Assembly (NCBI GenBank): GCA_003990765.1
Contig: RBNJ01000050.1
Location: 1 to 46,902 of the forward strand
Length of the DNA: 46,902 nucleotides
Source of the DNA: Jimgerdemannia flammicorona
Lineage: Eukaryota
Direction of reading: 5' to 3'
Position numbers and translations under genes: made by a program. Numbering within the stretch: the stretch's first letter is position 1; every line of letters begins with the position of its first letter. Under the pieces are notes generated by a model that ran no database searches, was not told where the DNA came from, and saw only the letters and a list, made by a program, of their open reading frames with translations. Positions 22,638 through 35,364 of this stretch are shown here, one piece after another.

Positions 22638-24553
22638 GTGGGGAGGGGCCCTAGCTTGGGGGGAAGCATGAGAGGTCTGCTGGCAGGAGAACATAGAAGG
22701 GGAGAGAGTAGAGTTGGTGGACTGGGGATAGGGAGAGTGAGCTTCACAGATATGATAAAGGAGAGACAGCTGACATCTGGGCTGGAGAGCTGGCTGAGGA
22801 AGGGCAAGGAGGTGGTGAAGACTATAGGGTGTGAGAGAGTAGTCCTTAGTGGTAGGAATAGTGGAGCTGAGGGTATAGGGGCTGGGGTGAGCATAATAGC
22901 TGATAGTAACAGGACTGCCAATCTGGAAAAAAATCCAGATATGACTATGGGGCTTAGATAGATGAGAGATCTAGCAGATGATATAATGGGTCTAATGGTG
23001 GCCCCATTACTCAAGAAGTTGATCTTGGAGTTTATAGTCACTTTGTGCTTCTGGGGCTTAGCAGTAATAGCAAAAATGATACTGGGGCTGATTGCCAAGC
23101 AGGTGGCTAGAGCAGTATCTGTGAAGTTCCTGAAGGGTTTAGAAGGAGTAAAGGTGGGCTTTGAGGAGACTGGGCCACTGGAGGATAAACTGAAGACTGG
23201 GCTAACTGTTGGAGAGATGTGTGTCCCAATAGCATACTACTTTAGGTGGGACTCCAGGGTGGTACAACTGCTAGTAAAAGGGGTACCTATAGTGACCACT
23301 ATAGAGATGAGAAGGAGAGTTGAGGAAGTCATAGCCAAGTTTAGGGAGGTGATGGATGTTGGGTTCTGGGTCTGGAAAGGGACCTCATTTAGAACTGAGA
23401 ATGTTGATATTAGGATTCAGTTAGCAGAGAGGAAAGCTATCAGAAAGACTAAGAACTGGCCTTTAATAATAGTCTGGGGGGTATTCTTGTGCAAAGTAAT
23501 GAGGGTAAAGGAGAGTGAGGAGGAGGAAGAGGATTTGTTGGAGGCACTAAAAGAGCTAAGTGGTGCAGTAGAGTAGTGGGTAAAGGTTTAGAAGGTATAT
23601 ATAGAGTCAACACATTTGGAGATAGTAGATGGAAAGTAGATCCAAGTAGATAAGGGGCTGTAGGAAAGGTTCCAAGGATACAAGAGACAGAGAGAGCTGC
23701 TAGCAAGCCTAGAGAGTAGGGCAAAGAGAGATGCTAGTGGAATTGAGGATGTGGGGGGTGTCAAAGTGAGTGTCTGGGCTGGTGAGAGTGGAGGGAATAT
23801 AGAGAAGGGGCAAGGAGAGGACAAGGAGGTGACTGGCAATGACCCATATGCAGATGATATGTTTGAGGTCTGGGAGGACTCCCCTACTCCTACTCCTCTT
23901 ATCAGGTGAGGTCCAGCTTCAAGAGTCAGAGTGGTAGAGAATGTGTCTATGCAAGGAGTTCAGTAAGTATACTTTGGAGTTCCTGAGGTAGCAGAAGGGG
24001 GACAAGTGGTGGCAGCTGGTGAGAATGAGCTGGTGGATGTCCCTGAAGAAGAGTGGGATGAGATGACAAGTATAGAAGCAAATATGGCAATACTGGGTGG
24101 AGGGCAGCCAGCAACTCCTGGGGGGAAGAAGGTGGGAAACCTACTATAGATATGCTGAATGATGAACCTGAAGAGCTGGGAGAAGTGGATCTGAGGGTGA
24201 TAAGTGATGAGCAGTAGGCAAGGATCTTGTATGGTGATAGAGTGGTAGAGGCATTGAAGGCAGTGATACTTGCAGTTTTCCTAAAAGAGAAAGAGTATGA
24301 GATTGATAAAGAGAGAGAGACTAAGCTGGCAGTTGCTGCTGGTGAGCAGGCTGCCTTCTGTTGGGCAGGACATCATGGATTACAGCTCTGGCAGGAGGCC
24401 TGCCTGAAGTATCATGAGGATTTTGAGGAAAAGGAGGATGGGGTAATGACTGAGCTACTGGATGGATTGGAGGCTATAAGGGCTGAAGAGGAGGAGGTGT
24501 CTGCTGAACATAACCTAGACTTGGCACAGAAGAAGATGAACATGGAGCAGTAA
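22638..24553 (+). pseudogene. LINE-1 ORF1 (decayed)
   Basis: Long upstream frames homologous to LINE-2 ORF1, e.g. EFIVTLCFWGLAV versus EFAITLCFQGLVV; start approximate. Confidence 0.7.
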
Positions 24554-24599
24554 AGAATGTGCTTGATATTATACATTATTTCTTATGAACAGTACAACC

Positions 24600-27500
24600 A
24601 ATATTTTTTCTTTGAATATGAATAGGCTATGGTTTGTTTTGACATAAGAACATTTTTGCTTAGCTGAAGAGATTGGAAGCCAATCTCTTTCTTTTGCAGA
24701 ATGTCAGATGTGAGGATGATTTGGATAGACTGGAATGGACAAAGGAATGGGGAGGTGAGACAGTTTGGAAGGGCAAGGTTAGGATTCTAGTCTAGAGAGG
24801 CAGAGGGGAGATATGAGATATGAGGAGCCGAGAAGACAGGATAGTTTGGGGAGAGTGAATATGAACAGGACAGGAGCCAGTTACAGTGGGATCCTGTTAC
24901 TGTTCTACTATATAGAGTGAGCATGTGGATTGGGTGAAGGGTCTCCAAGAGAGTGGGGCCCTCACAGAGACTGGAGTTGATGTGCTCAGCAGGGACTTTA
25001 ATATAGTCAGAGATATACTGGTGGATAGAACTGATAGAGGGCAGGGGGCTGAGGGTAGGAGTGGAGGTCTGGAGATATAGGAGAAAGTAGAGAGGCTGAG
25101 TGTACTGATGGATACAGGCAGGAGATTCTGGAGTTATAGGAGGGTATACATATACTGGGCAAGTAGACTAGAGATAAGAATTGACTGAGTTTTGATGGCA
25201 AACTGCTGGGGCTTGGATGTTTGGAAGTCACTAGTAGTTAAATGGTATCTGTAGTCTGATCATTGGGGGTTACTGGGACAGGGACATTTAGGGAAGATTG
25301 GGGATGGACCTGGACATTGGCTCCTCAATTTCTCTTTGTTGGACAATAAGGTACTGTAGAATAAGTAGGCTGAGGACATTTGGCAGAGGGTGAAGGGTTG
25401 AATACAGGAAGGTGCTCTGGTTGGTATCAGGTAGATGAGGTTGAAAGAGGCTGCTAGAGTCTATTGAGGTGAGGCTGATAAGGTGGCTGGAAGATAGAGG
25501 AGGAGGAGAGTGATGTGGGCTTCTGCTAGACTGGCTAGGCTTCTGGAAGATTGGGCTGGTCTGTTGGCCCTGGAAGGAGTGGAGGACTGGAGATTGCTGC
25601 AGACAAAAAAGAAGATTAGAGAGCTATAACAGGTATTGTGGAAGGAGGAAGAGGTATGGGTACAGAGTTTGACAATATGGTTATATTGGCAGGAGGAGAG
25701 AGGCCCTCTAAGTTTCTCATGAGGGCCCTTTGGGTGAGGAGAGTTAAGCAGTGGTGGGAGGGAGTACTGGATGATAATGATCTACTGGTACACAGTATAC
25801 AAGATATTCTTAGATTGTTGAAGGAGAGGTGGAGTGGTTTGTAGAGTGAGGAGGAGGATGGGACTGGTACTGCTACTATTGACCATACTTTGGAGGATTA
25901 GCACCCACCAAAAGTGGAAGGACTGAGCAGTCTGATGATGTCAGTTCAGGAGGAGGAGATTCACTAGGTTCATGCCATGACTATACTGAGTATGGCATCA
26001 GGGGAGGATGGTCTGTCCTGGGATTTTTGGACGAAGATGGTAAGAGTCCCCAAAGTGCTGAGAGAGCTGATAGTACTTTGTGACTTGGTACTATAGTTAA
26101 GGAGATGGATGGGTGAGCAGAATCTGGGGCTAGTGATACTGCTTTATAAGGACAAAGGCAGGAGAGAGAACTGGAAGTACTGACAGCTGATTATGCTATT
26201 AGATATGAATAGAAAGCTGGTTACTAAGGTGGTGGTGGCAAGGCTGCAGAAGGTGGCCCAGTAGGTCTTAGAGAAGGAACAGTGGGGCTTTGTATGAAGC
26301 TGACTCATTAGAGATGATACAGCTTGAGTGCATGGCATTATTGAGGGAGCATGAGCCTGTGGACTGGATGGTACCTAGTTTTTCTGGATCAGGAGAAGAT
26401 ATATGACTATGTTCAGTGGGTCTGGTTGGTGAAGATATTAGATAGGATTGGCATCTCTCAGCAGTTCTAAGTAGCAATGGTCATTCTACTGGAAGAGAGT
26501 AGAGCTGTACTCATGTATAATGGGAATCAAAGGGTGGCTTTCTCTCTGAGTAGGGGTGTTCCTCAGGGGGACCCACTATCTCTCATTCTGTATACTCTTT
26601 TATTGAAGTCCTTGATAGTTAGGATCTGGTGGAAGATAGTAGGGCTTTCAGTATTTAGTATTGAGTGGAAAGTTGGAGCCTTTGCAGATGATATTGTAGT
26701 TGGTCTGAGATCAATTGCTGATGTTGAGGAACTCAAGGCAACAGTGGAGTGGTATGAGGTGCATTCTGGGGCTAAACTCAATTGGCACAAGTATGAGATA
26801 ATAGTGTTAGACAATGGCCTGATAAGAGGGGATGTTATTAGAATAATTGTCTCTACTAGGGAGATGGTGAGGTACTTAGATATCTACCTTTTAGTATATG
26901 GATCAGTATTGCTGAGAACTTGGTGGGTATAGTGAGTTGCAATATAGAGGGAGGCTCTGTAGAGTTGGAGTGATCACCATCTGTCTCTGGTGGGGTGTGT
27001 GTCTAATTTAAATATCTACTGGCTTCTGAAGCTATAATATTTGGCTTATCATCTGGACTTCCCAGCCTGGGTAGTGAAGAGATTGTTGAAACTGGCCAAA
27101 GGATAGATCTGGGCTGAGAGAAGGAGTCAGAATAGCTGGAAAATCTTATCTTTACTAGTGGCTAGAGGGGGTCTTGGACTGGTTGACTTTCCAAAGAGAT
27201 TGCACTGCCTGAGGGCATAGTGACTGAAGAGAGCAGTAGAGCTGAGAGGTGGTAGCTAGGTTCTCTTGATGAAGAAGATCTGAGAGATGAGGTCCTTATT
27301 GAGAGGCTCTATAGGTGATCTACTCTCCTTAATTGGACTTCAGAATAATAGATACATGTAATATAAAGGCTTCTAGTAGAGAGTAGCAGATAGGGTACAC
27401 CACATTAGAATTCCCTAGCAGGGAGATGAAGGAGAGTTGTCTTAGGGCCTAGCAATGTAGAGATAGGACCATATATTATTGAGGGGCATTCTCTTAAACA

Positions 27501-28226
27501 ACTTCAATATTAGTAATGGAGTCAAATATCAGAGGGGGTTAGGACAGGATCTGTGGCCCAGTGGATAGCAGCTGATAGGTATCAGAGAAGAGTGAGACTG
27601 GAATGGGGTCTAGGCCTAGAGTGCTGATATTAGGTAGTAATTGCCACTGAAGTATTGAGTGGTCTAGTAGTATATATTATAGAGGAATATCATGCTTAAT
27701 TTTCACTCAGACCATCTTGTTGTAGGGAGAAGCTTTGACTGTAAGGAGTACTATAATGTAGGATAAGAAGGGGGTTTTGTACAGATATCAGAACATTGGC
27801 TAGGAGAGTGCAAGGTGCTTGGCAACTTCTGAATAGTAGTTGGAAATTAATTGAGAGTTGTATATAGGGAGGATAGTGTGAGAGGTTGGTGGGAGAATTT
27901 GCAGAATAGATTGGTAGGGGGGTTGAAAAGGAGAGGCTTACTTTAGGTTAAATATTAGCTATATAGGTAGAGTTGGCAGGTTACTGGTTGTTTGTTTTTA
28001 AGAATGAGAGGTATCTAGACTTAGAGGTGTAGTTGCTGAGATGGAAAGGGTTGATGGAGGATACCTTGACAGGCTAGTAGCTTGGTTGGAGTCTGCAGGG
28101 TGGTCTGCAGTATCATTTGTAGAGAAAATCTGTAGGCAGAGTGGAGAGAGAGTTGTGGTAGTGAGTGATAAGGTGGTTTTCAAGTATAAAGATATAGGGG
28201 GGAGCTCCTCTAGGGAGATTGGGTAG
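24600..28226 (+). pseudogene. LINE-1 ORF2: AP endonuclease, reverse transcriptase, Cys motif
   Basis: IFSLNMN..LFLLQ, (G)DFNI, SDHWG, SGEDGL, GVPQGDPLS, AFADDI, RGGLGL, QISEHWLGEC. Confidence 0.9.
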
Positions 28227-29569
28227 TGAGAGGAGATACTATAACTATATCAATAGACTGGTAATAAATGGCAAAGTCTAAGTGACTATAAAAAATAAAT
28301 AAAAAAAATGAAAAAAAAGAAGTTCATATTATCTAGCTATATTATGTCATAGTATATAATATTATTATTATCTAGTTTAATTAGTACTAAATATTTGAAA
28401 GACTTATACATATATAGAAAATTACTCTCTATATATTATTATATATTACATAGTACTAGAATTTATAACTCAGACATTGTTATCATTAGCTATATTAGTA
28501 CTACATTCAGTAGATATATGGCTAAATATATAATTAGTAATAAAACTGCTCATGATCTGATATTGCTAGAGCTGGTAGAACTAGTATTAGTAGAACTTTT
28601 TATTTGTTGAAAATTATTATCTTTATATAGAGATATTACTTGAATAAAGAAGAGATCACTATTATTATTATTTATTTCAGTAGTATTTATATTGTTAATC
28701 TTTTCTTTATTACATCTATACTGACTTTTTCTATAATTATTTTCACCCTTTTCTTATATTTTCTCTATAATAACAATGGTATTTCCTGTATCTATATATA
28801 CTATAGTATTCACAGTAACTATTAAACTTAACTGATTAATTACTATTATATTGATTTTGAGTTAGGTTCATCTCTATTGAACTTAATTTTGTTAGCTATA
28901 CTAGCTTTGCTCTCATTTACTACTACTCTATCTACATTATCTTTAGTACTATTTCCTTAGTATATCTTTATTTATGAGACTTATAATTATATAAACATAG
29001 CCTGTTAGTCTTCTACTTTTATATATAGCTACAACTACTATATTATATATTTCTGAGAGACCTCTTGTAAGTACTAAACTTTGCCTTTATCTCTAATGTA
29101 ATTTATAGATATACTGAGAGAATTTATATAATAATATAACTTATATATTTTCTAATACTCTTTTTGAGCTTTATTTATAGGTTGAAAAGCTGAAATTTTA
29201 TATAAAATTGATTAGATATAAATAGTTACATATGATAGTTGTATAAAGTCTCTCATATCTTATAAGCTATCATAGTATACATTATGAGCTTTATTTGGAA
29301 ATTTAATAATATAGATATAATTTTCTATAATACTTAGTAATTATTTATAATATCATAATCTTGAATTTATACTTGCAGTTTTATATATATTGCTAAACTA
29401 CATTTATCAAAGAGATTCATTATATAGAAGATCTAAATAGTGTAATATTTACTATCAAAGATTGGAATAGACCTCTTGACTATATTTATACTAATAATCA
29501 AATTTATAATCACTCAGACTTCCATTTATTATCACTCTATCTATAAATATATATGTACCCAGATCTCTC

Positions 29570-32500
29570 TTCTTACTTGCCATCACTCTCTGCTGAAGTA
29601 CAACTCAACTACTCACTATCTGAACCCTCTTACCACTCTTCTTGCAAATATAATTCACCAGATTCTGATGGCCACCCCCACCTAGACCTCATCCTCTCTA
29701 CCAACCATTCAAAATGTCAAGTAATAACTATTCCCAACATGCTATCCTAGCTCCAAATGCCACCCACTGGCCCTTCTCAAAGATATGAAGTCAATGACTG
29801 GCCATCTCTACTCAAATTGTCAGGGCCCATCTTAAGGTCAACCATTCATCTCCCACTCTATCCACTAACCTTCACCAGAGGTCTCCCCATCTCCCTTCTT
29901 CCCCTTCCATCAGAGGCCTCAATCCCAATCTACTAGAAATACTGTGCCAAAACTCTCCCAAAACTTCACACTCTTCTAGCCAATGTTTAGGTGTTTGTAC
30001 CACTCCTCCCTCCTGACCAATGTCTATATATTCCTCACACTCAAATGTACTGTCCACCACCAAGTACCTAGACTGATAGTTCAGCATCACATTCTGTCTC
30101 AAGAACCTCTATCAGATCACTCAGAACTTAGGGGGAAGCTATTGTCTCACCTACTTACTTCAAGGCCAAATACCATTCCAGTCCTACTCCTTACCAATTC
30201 CCACTCTCTGCCATGCTTCAGGCCACATGTCCCCCCCAAGCCCCCAGCTGAAAGTCCTCCACCAATGTACCTTCCAGCAGTAGTCAGTTCTATCTCCACA
30301 TCTATGATCCCCAGTCCTCCACCCCCTCATCACTCCTCTACTGAAGTCCAATCCTTCTTACACTATTCACTACTCCCCATCAAAAACCTTTATAATATAT
30401 CCTCCTGCTCTCATCCATGGCCACTATTATAAGCAGATCACCAGTTGCTCCACAAGGGGAATACTGGACTTCCCACACCCTCTGCATAAGTGGCACCCAT
30501 TCTCAGCCTCACAACTCACTCACTCTCTTCAGCCACCATGCTTGCAGACAATATAAGAGCTTAGCAAAGTCCACTAAGCCCAACTCACCCCTGTCAACAG
30601 GTAAATTCAGAACCTTCCAGCCTATCTGACTTTACTGCCCAGCCCAAATCTATGATCTTGCTATCTTTAGAAGTCACCTGACCACCTACACCAAGAAGTC
30701 TAGATGATACCCTACATACTATAGCTTTGGCATCTAATACACATTCAGTATCATCACTCTTTCTACCAAGGATATATGCTGACCACCCCATCTCAAGAGA
30801 ACATTCCCACATATTAGTAGCTGCTGTTCCCACCATACACATGGCAGAAGGGACCCATATACTGAAAAGTATATTCCCAAGTACCATATCAGTTCTTCTG
30901 CTAGAACTACTGTCCCAATCATATTGTCATCAACTATTCTGCTGTCTAGCACCAGAGTCTCACATTTGTATCAGTTGAGTCAAGCACCAGAGCCTCTCTC
31001 ATACCACTTCACAGTTCACCTTAATTCTTTTATATCTACTAACCACCATATCATCTACAAAAGCCCCAACCTTCCAGTTAATCTCTAAAATGTCCAAACC
31101 TCCAATTTGATGCTAAATCCTATCCAATAAGGGCTCTAAAAAAAGGGCATATAGAATGGGTGACAAGGGATCCCCTTGTAGCACTCCATGATCTAGCAAA
31201 AAAGTTACACCTCTGTATTCATTCATCACTAATACTGCTTGACTGTCCTCCAATAAACTGATTAATGACTACCTGAATGCTGGGGGAACCCCCACACATT
31301 TCAGTACTCTCTCCAGCCAGATCCTCCTCACCCTGTCATATGCCTTCTCTTGATCTAGAAATACTAACCAGCCATCTACCCCAGCTGTCTGAGCCCCCTC
31401 TATCACCCCATAAATCCAAACAGTACTATCTCAGATCAACTGACCACCAACAAATCCCCTCTGCTCTACTTCTAGCATCTGCTGAGCAATCTCCTACAGC
31501 CTAGTCACTAAGATCTTTGTCACCAGCTTGCAGTCCATGTCAAGGAGCATGATCAGCCACCAGTTCCTCCAATCTTCCCTTCTCTCCTTATCCTTATAGA
31601 GCAAGGAGACCAGCCCTAGGCACTGGCCCCCAATCCAAGTTCCAGACTGAAGGACCTCACCACTTATCACTATTATCTCCTCCAATACTACCTCTACTCC
31701 AGCCATCTTATTCCAAAAATCCCCGAGAAGCCCATCCTCTCCTGAAGCTATCCTATTGCTTGTTGAAGCCAAGACCTTGCATACTTCCTCCCTCTGCACC
31801 AGATCTCTCAGTGTCCCTAGACCCAGTGCTGGGTCTGAATACCAATCCTCCAACTGCTGTTCAATGTTCAGAGCATCCTCACCCCCTTCTTCTTCACTCT
31901 ATAAATTCTCCCAGTGAGTCCTCAGCAATCTCAGAATCTTAGAAGTCCCTGCCATCATCTCTCCATCCTCATCCAAAATACCATTCTACTGCTGTCTAGT
32001 TCTCTGAGCTTGGAGCAACCATGAAAGAAACCTAGTAGACCTCTCTCCCTCCTCCAACCCCTGCCACTGCAACCTTGCCACCATTCCCTTCGGCTGAACT
32101 TCTTTCTCCATTTATAGCACTTCCTTTAACTCATCTACTTTCTTTTGTATCTGCAGAGTTCACCAATCAGCCACCCCCCAATCCTCTAGTGATCCCACAC
32201 ACCTTCCCAAAAGTGCCACCAATCTCTGTGAAGCCTATTTCACTTGCTGCTACTACTGAGCACTCTTTCCTTTCCTGGCCTCTCTTTAGTACCTCTGAGC
32301 ACTCAACTTCAGCTACTGCCAGTGATCCCCAATCTTCAATCCCTGCTCTCACTATCTATTAATCTTCTCAATAGCTTCCACCTCCTAGTCTGTCTATAAG
32401 GAACCATCTTCTAACAAAGAAGAATTCAGTTACCAATGCCCAGACCCATCCTCACTTCTCTCAAATCTTCCACACCCTATCAGACCCCAGTGATCTGACC

Positions 32501-33150
32501 ATGGACACCAAACCACCTCCAGCATATCCCAGACATCTTCTCCCCAGTACTCTGCTATCAATACTCAGTCAATTCTAGAGTCCAGCCCTGTCACCCAGTG
32601 GGTATAAATTCGGCAATCCTCCCAAAACTATCACCTCAAGTCAATCAAGGAGCTCAACCTCTCAATCTCTATCCAATCATTCAACTCTCTACTTCTATCT
32701 CTCATTCCTCTCCTGCCATCAGTTTTGTCTATTCCATTATTATATACTATGTTGAAATCTCCCCTCAGGCAATCAATCCCTATCTCACCCATAACACTAG
32801 TCTCTCTCAGATCTCTGACCCAATCCATGTATTCCCCCCTCTCTGCCAGGCAATAATATGACCCAACAGTCAAAGAGTTCCACCCAGATCTCTTCTATAC
32901 TCCCCACACCAATCTACTCTCCCAATGTCCAATGTCCCCAATATCTCTCATCTCCTTTTGAACCAGAATGCTCACTTGCCCAGTCTACACAGCTGCCCCA
33001 CCCCATTCTCTAGTCCAGTCCAGTAAGTCTCTGTCTACCTCATACTGTATATCCTGCAGTAAGAAGAGATCTGCATCCAGTCCCCTCAGCCAGCCAAAGA
33101 TATTCCTTTGCTGTACTGCTCCCCTCAACCCATTCACATTCAAAGAAAAG
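29570..33150 (-). pseudogene. LINE-2 ORF2: APE and RT
   Basis: TFSLNVNGLRG..DADLFLLQD, RGDFNI, PWSDHWG, ASGEDGL, GVLQGDPLSPILY, AFVDDM, FECEE..QTPKHWLEEC. Confidence 0.92.
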
Positions 33151-33243
33151 GTTCTAGTTATACTTTTTATATTGAAAAATGTTTGATATTGAGAGCCCAG
33201 TCTAGAATTTCATACTCATCTCATCCCCAGTCAGATCTAAATA

Positions 33244-35052
33244 TCACTCTGCCTCCAAAACATCCTCTGCTACAGTCTGAGTATCCAGTGCTTCCAAGAT
33301 TTCCTGACACTCCACCCCATCCACAACCTCTATTTCTGCCTGATAATCTGTATATACCACTCTCCACTTCTCCAACCTCTTTCTTGAGCCCCACAAGTAT
33401 GCCACCCAGTCATTCACAATCCCCTGAAGGACCTCCTCTCTCTTATCATTAACTTGATATTTCTCTAACTCCAAGAGCACCATCAGAATTTCATTCCTAA
33501 TCTTCCTTGGCACTTCTTCTCCATGAAGAATTTTCTCTCAATGCCAATCACTTAGTACCTGGAAGTCCTCTCCTCCAAGCTCCTCAGCTACCACCCCCTC
33601 CAGAGTCTTCCACAGTCACTTCTCTTCATTCACCACCTCAGCAACACCCTGGGCAACTCCCTCAACTTCCACCACAGGGTCCACTAAAATACTTCTCCTT
33701 CCTGACTCATCTCACTCCTCTTCCAGTATATCCAATAGTTCCTCCTCCCCCTCTGTCCTACTTAGGACACCATACTGAGGGTGAACTTCCTCTCTCATTT
33801 TAGCATCCTCCACTATACTGCCTAGTCCTTCCTTGCTTGATCCATCCAGTGCTCTCTAGCTCAGGTACTCTCCCTCAGTCCAGTACTACCTTCTCCCACC
33901 CCATCATTGGCCACCCCCTCTTCTATCTTCACCAACAACTTCTTCTGGATTCGCCTCCCCTGCATCTTCTCTCAGGTCCCCTTGTCTATCCTGATCCTTT
34001 TTCCATCTACAATCTCCACCACTGTCTTGGCCTCATACTCCTTCCAAGCCAGTCTTCTCCTCTCAAACACTCCTACCAGATCCTCCAGAGCCTCCAGCAA
34101 GTCCTCCTCTTTCTCTGGCATCTCTTTCACCCATGAGACCTTGTACTCAACTGGTCCTACTTAAGAGTAGCAGACTAGTCTCTCATCTTCCCCATGTTCT
34201 CTCTTCCAGCCAGCCTCACCCTGATATCAACATCTTCTGTCCTGAGTTCAGTACCCTCCCAGACTCAGAATTCAATATCTATGATCTCCCTAACCACCTC
34301 CATGATCAGCTCTCTGGCCCTCTCTTTTGACACTATAGAAAGATCCAATACTGTCAACTACACTACTTGAGGGTTCCAGCATATACACCTGGTCATAGAA
34401 ACCACCACTCTATCCACCACTACCCTCTTCTCTACAGTCTCCAATAATGATGCCTCTTTCTCAAATCCAATCTCAACCCCTTCTTTCCCCTTCAAGAACT
34501 TCACTGAAGCCACCTCCTTCACCTCCTATACCATCAACTCCAAAATCATACTCACAGTCACCACCAAGCCTTGGAAGCACAAAGTGATGGCAAATTCTGA
34601 CCTTGACTTTTTGAGTAACAGAGCTGACACCATACCAGTCACACCATCTGCCAGGTCCCCAGACCTCATGCTCTCCCCCTGCCCTAATCTGCCAACAACT
34701 ATTACATCTGGATTTTTTTCCAGATTCTCTTTTTTTTTTTTTTTTTTTTTTTTATAGTCTCTTGGACTTCTTTTTCCAGATTCCCAGTTACAGCTCCATC
34801 AGCAGTCACATCTCCAGCCCCTACTCTCCCCTCCCCCCTACTGCCCAGCCCTCCTATAGGGGCCCCTCCCTATCTCTTAACTGCAGCTGTTGATGCCTTT
34901 TCTAGTTCCAACCAGTTGTCCAGACCAGATGCTATTCTCTCCATCTTGACCTTATTAGCAAAGGTCATTCTTCTCCCTCCCTGTTGCCTCAATTCACCTC
35001 TCTCTCTACCACTAATGCCACAATCACCCACAGAAGGTTCTGGCATCCCCAA
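33244..35052 (-). pseudogene. LINE-2 ORF1 (decayed, interrupted by a micro-insertion)
   Basis: Homologous to LINE-1 ORF1 (TFANKVK..IASGLDNWL versus SFTDMIK..LTSGLESWL). Confidence 0.7.
34730..34770 (-). mobile_element. Micro LINE insertion (17 nt plus A24)
   Basis: Reverse complement GAAGTCCAAGAGACTAT(A)24 equals the LINE terminal motif; exact 13-bp TSD TTTTTCCAGATTC at 34715-34727 and 34771-34783. Confidence 0.92.
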
Positions 35053-35364
35053 ACCATCTCCTCATCTCCTCCCAAAATGCTGCCAGTCAAAAGTACCACT
35101 GTCCCCCTGGCTGACATGCTCACCAGTACAGTTATTGCTGTCTATATTGATAGTCTCCTTTCACCAAAAATGTTGCAGAAAGTGTTATCTGAGTCTTGTG
35201 TCACCTGAATGTTACCAGTAAAAGGTACTGAAACTATATTTTCTATAGTAATACTTATACTAGTTATAATGAAAACTATTTCTACTATTATCAGAATATT
35301 TATAATTAGTATATCTGTATTACTAGACTGATTTCAGCTCATTGTAAAGTTTTCTTATAGTATA

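Larger units (their letters stand above)
22488..28317 (+). mobile_element. LINE-1: full-length L1/Tx1-like non-LTR retrotransposon
   Basis: ORF1 plus APE-RT ORF2, AATAAA and A-rich tail; TSD AGGAGTTTATATTA (22474-22487) / AGAAGTTCATATTA (28318-28331). Confidence 0.93.
21221..28351 (-). mobile_element. Ty3/gypsy solo LTR (~1290 bp) interrupted by LINE-1
   Basis: GTAT TSD at 21217-21220 and 28352-28355; decayed TG..CA ends; Copia-B sequence rejoins across it; 22232-22250 is identical to the E4 LTR poly(A) core at 44182-44200. Confidence 0.85.
29503..35224 (-). mobile_element. LINE-2: second full-length L1/Tx1-like element (divergent relative of LINE-1)
   Basis: 5' end CTGGTAACATTCAGGTGACACAA matches the LINE-1 5' end; 3' end TAATAAATGGAAGTCTGAGTGATTATAAA matches the LINE-1 3' end; tail short. 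Confidence 0.92.
20571..35345 (-). mobile_element. Copia-B: decayed Ty1/copia gag-protease-integrase start, host of several nested insertions
   Basis: Segments 35225-35345 and 28352-29502 (gag; protease (W)VINSS), 20868-21220 and 20571-20772 (FCEDCIK; DIYSPM..KRYFIIFINDY). Homologous to 41400-43286. Confidence 0.8.

Noticed and set aside
29487-35240. TSD for LINE-2
   Set aside because: Copia-B appears to rejoin across the element, but no convincing duplicated sequence is visible.
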